A stretch of DNA of 64,000 nt from Hyphochytrium catenoides (taxonomy: Eukaryota > Protista > Hyphochytriomycota), in assembly GCA_900088475.1 (NCBI GenBank), contig FLMG01000914.1, forward strand, positions 1 to 64,000, given 5' to 3'. Of this stretch, positions 61,763 to 64,000 are shown in pieces. Below the pieces are notes generated by a model. That model saw nothing but the letters and a program-made list of their open reading frames with translations, was not told the DNA's origin and made no database searches. The translations under genes were made by a program, and so were the position numbers. The stretch's first letter is position 1. Each line of letters starts with the position of its first letter.

Positions 61763-63853
61763 TCAGAAGAGGTTCTTGGCCTTCTTTAGGTTCTGCTGCT
61801 TCCACTTCGGAAGTTGTTGGAAGGCTTCTCTCCCCATGCCAAAGACTTGCTGAAAGTCACTTGGACTCAAAAAATCTTCACGGCGATGCTCATCAACGCT
61901 CTGAAAGAAAGGAGAAGTGAAAACTGTTAGACGTCACCAAACAAGACACAGAGAGGAAGGATAGCGAGACAGACGAGTGCAGCAATGGCAGAGAGGAGAG
62001 TAGGGTACACCAGAGACCAGAGAAAAGAATACAAGGGAGAGAGGGCACGAGAGAGAGTGTGAAGAGAGAGGAAGAGAACCACAACGGTGGCAGGAAGACA
62101 AAGAGAGGGGATGAGAGAAAAGCTCAGATAGCTGAAAGATGAGAAATCCCGCTGACTTCTATGCAAGCAACCGTACACAAGTGGCGGAGCTGTGCTAGAG
62201 GAAGAAAGACAGACAGACTAAAGAGGGATATTGAGTGAGAGAGCTCCGTACCGGCGGATAAGGTGGAGTCGTCAGTGTCGAGTAAGGAAAGTACCGAGAA
62301 GTACTGCCCGTGGCTCTCCACTTCTCTTCAGTGGCCCCAACAGGTCCAGGAGAGGGAGGCCACCGCCGTGCAATGGAGGCTACCGAAGAGACAGAAGATG
62401 ACTGGACCGAGGCGGGAGAGCGAAGGGGAGAAGGAGCCGGGCCTCTTGTGGAGAGAGACGGTGGAGCAGGTCCATTCCCAGATGTGGGCCGGTTAGGAGA
62501 GGACAAAGGAAGAGAGCTGTTGACTGCCTGTGGCGGAGTGATTGTCACTTGAGGGCGGAGAGGAGAAGAAGGAGGACGAGGCTTTCGCCACCCTGGACTT
62601 CGAGCAGGAGCTGGCGCTGGAGGATTGACAGCAGGAGGGGGAGGAGGAGGAGGAGGAGGAGGAGAGTCTCTTCCGCTATGGGTTGGCGGTCTAAGGGGAG
62701 GACGTGAAGAAGCTCCATTAGTACTTGCTTCTCTCCTGCGTTCTTTATCTCTCTCTCCGTTCTCTGCTGCTAACCTCTTGGATGGGGACCGAGAGAGAGG
62801 AGACGAGATGGGAGCGCTAGCGGGAGAGATTGACGCTTTCTCCGTCTCTCTCGGGGTAGACGGCCTAGACGAGGGAGTGGATGGCTGAGACTGAAAAGTC
62901 CCAGGAGGAGGTGGAGGCGGAGGCGGCCATTGCCGAAGCCCAGAAGGACGACGTTGCACCTCTTCCTCCCTGTGTTCTCTCTCTTCCTTGACAGACGGAG
63001 GAGGAGGCGGAGGAGGGCGATGAGAAGGTGAAGAGGAGGGAGAGTGAGAGGAAGGCTCCTTCGCCAGACGAGGGGAGGGAGACGGAGAGACTCTAAGAGA
63101 ATGACGGGGTGTCTGGGATCTGGAGCTTGCCGCAGAGCTCGTCTGCGCGTCGCTTGAGCGCCCGGAGTTGCCAAAGAGATCAAACGCATTTTCCTCGTCT
63201 TCTTCTTCTTCTTCTTGCCCTCTCAGACTAGCTGAAGGGGCCTCAAGGAGGAGAGGAGGAGGGACAGGTCGTCTTCTCGATATTCTTGTCTCTCTCTCAC
63301 TCTTTCTCTCTTCTCTATCGTCAGAGAGAGAGAGAGAGGCGGTGGCGGTAGAGAGGGTGGACTCTGTGTATCCTGCCGACCTCGGGCCCGTCTTCTTCAC
63401 AAAGTTGCTGAGATTCTTAGCGAGAACTTTGAGAGAGAGTCTCTTCGGAGCCTCTTGGAAAGACTCTCTCTCTTCCTCCTCTGGAATATTGGATGACGGT
63501 GAGTCTTCTCGAGAGAGAGAGGAAGAGTCAGAGGTGGTGCGGTAGAACTCTTGAAGCTTCTTCAATGCTGCCTCGCGCTCAGTGGGAGAGCTTCTCCGGA
63601 CGGTTGCCTGGAAAAAGAAGGAGGGAAGGAGAGAGAGAAGAGCGCGCGAGAGCGATAGAGAGCGGTGAGAGAGCGAGAGAGGAGAAGAGAGAGTTGAGAG
63701 AGAGAATATGGGAGAAAGAAAGACAGAGAGAAAAAGAGAGAAAGGCCAAAGGGACGAATTAGAGCAAGATAGATAAGTGGGAGACCGGAGAAAAGGTAGC
63801 TAACACATTGCGTTGAAGATCAAGAGATAGCACATACTACATTGTGTCTATGT

Positions 63854-63898
<45 letters not shown>

Positions 63899-64000
63899 TG
63901 GGGAGGGGAAAGAGAGAAAGAGAGAGACCGAGACAAGAGAGACGGAGAGAGAGAGGTCAAGAATTTTCTAGACTGACATAGCAGCGTGGCGGAAGAGATA
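61763..64000 (-). CDS. 3' part of a proline-rich protein ending in a villin headpiece domain; the 5' end lies outside the window
   Basis: Large exon 63607-62252 (poly-Pro runs, ends [14 protein letters not shown]) spliced in phase 0 to exon 61900-61763, [45 protein letters not shown], a canonical headpiece. Confidence 0.88.

Larger units (their letters stand above)
1..64000. repeat. Dispersed (CT)n/(AG)n microsatellites throughout introns and intergenic DNA; N-gaps at 10721, 16527, 27699, 46646, 52490, 52932, 54665, 56801 and 58111 lie in or next to them
   Basis: Direct reading; source of the LSLSLS/ERERER pseudo-ORFs. Confidence 0.97.

Noticed and set aside
1-64000. CRISPR arrays, rRNA, tRNA, transposases
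   Set aside because: No regularly spaced repeats or diagnostic motifs seen

Overview
This is eukaryotic, intron-rich DNA from a protist. A stramenopile is the best guess, from the DxDEC-type SCP phosphatases and the RRL/RKL-motif secreted proteins. Introns are packed with (CT)n/(AG)n microsatellites and there are nine N-gaps, so most entries in the supplied ORF track are repeat artefacts. Genes reconstructed by hand-splicing, left to right: an intronless orphan membrane/secreted protein; phosphopantetheine adenylyltransferase; a bacterial-type GT4 glycosyltransferase; a DUF455 ferritin-like protein; a cyclic-nucleotide-binding K+ channel; SCP/FCP1-like phosphatase 1; an unknown domain fused to a degenerate TIGR00725/SLOG domain; an SNF5 protein with a C-terminal HMG box; a tiny 3-exon membrane protein that may be a SELENOK-like selenoprotein; PrimPol with a long N-terminal extension; major vault protein; an EF-hand-less ATP-Mg/Pi-type mitochondrial carrier; and the 3' part of a proline-rich villin-headpiece protein. 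An accessory island at about 39.2-50.5 kb holds a ~530-bp direct repeat with a conserved micro-ORF, an inverted pair of frameshifted secreted Cys-rich paralogues plus a decayed third copy, a long hairpin, and an intronless second SCP phosphatase. No tRNA, rRNA, CRISPR array or recognisable transposase was seen. All assignments come from motif recognition by eye; no searches were run.
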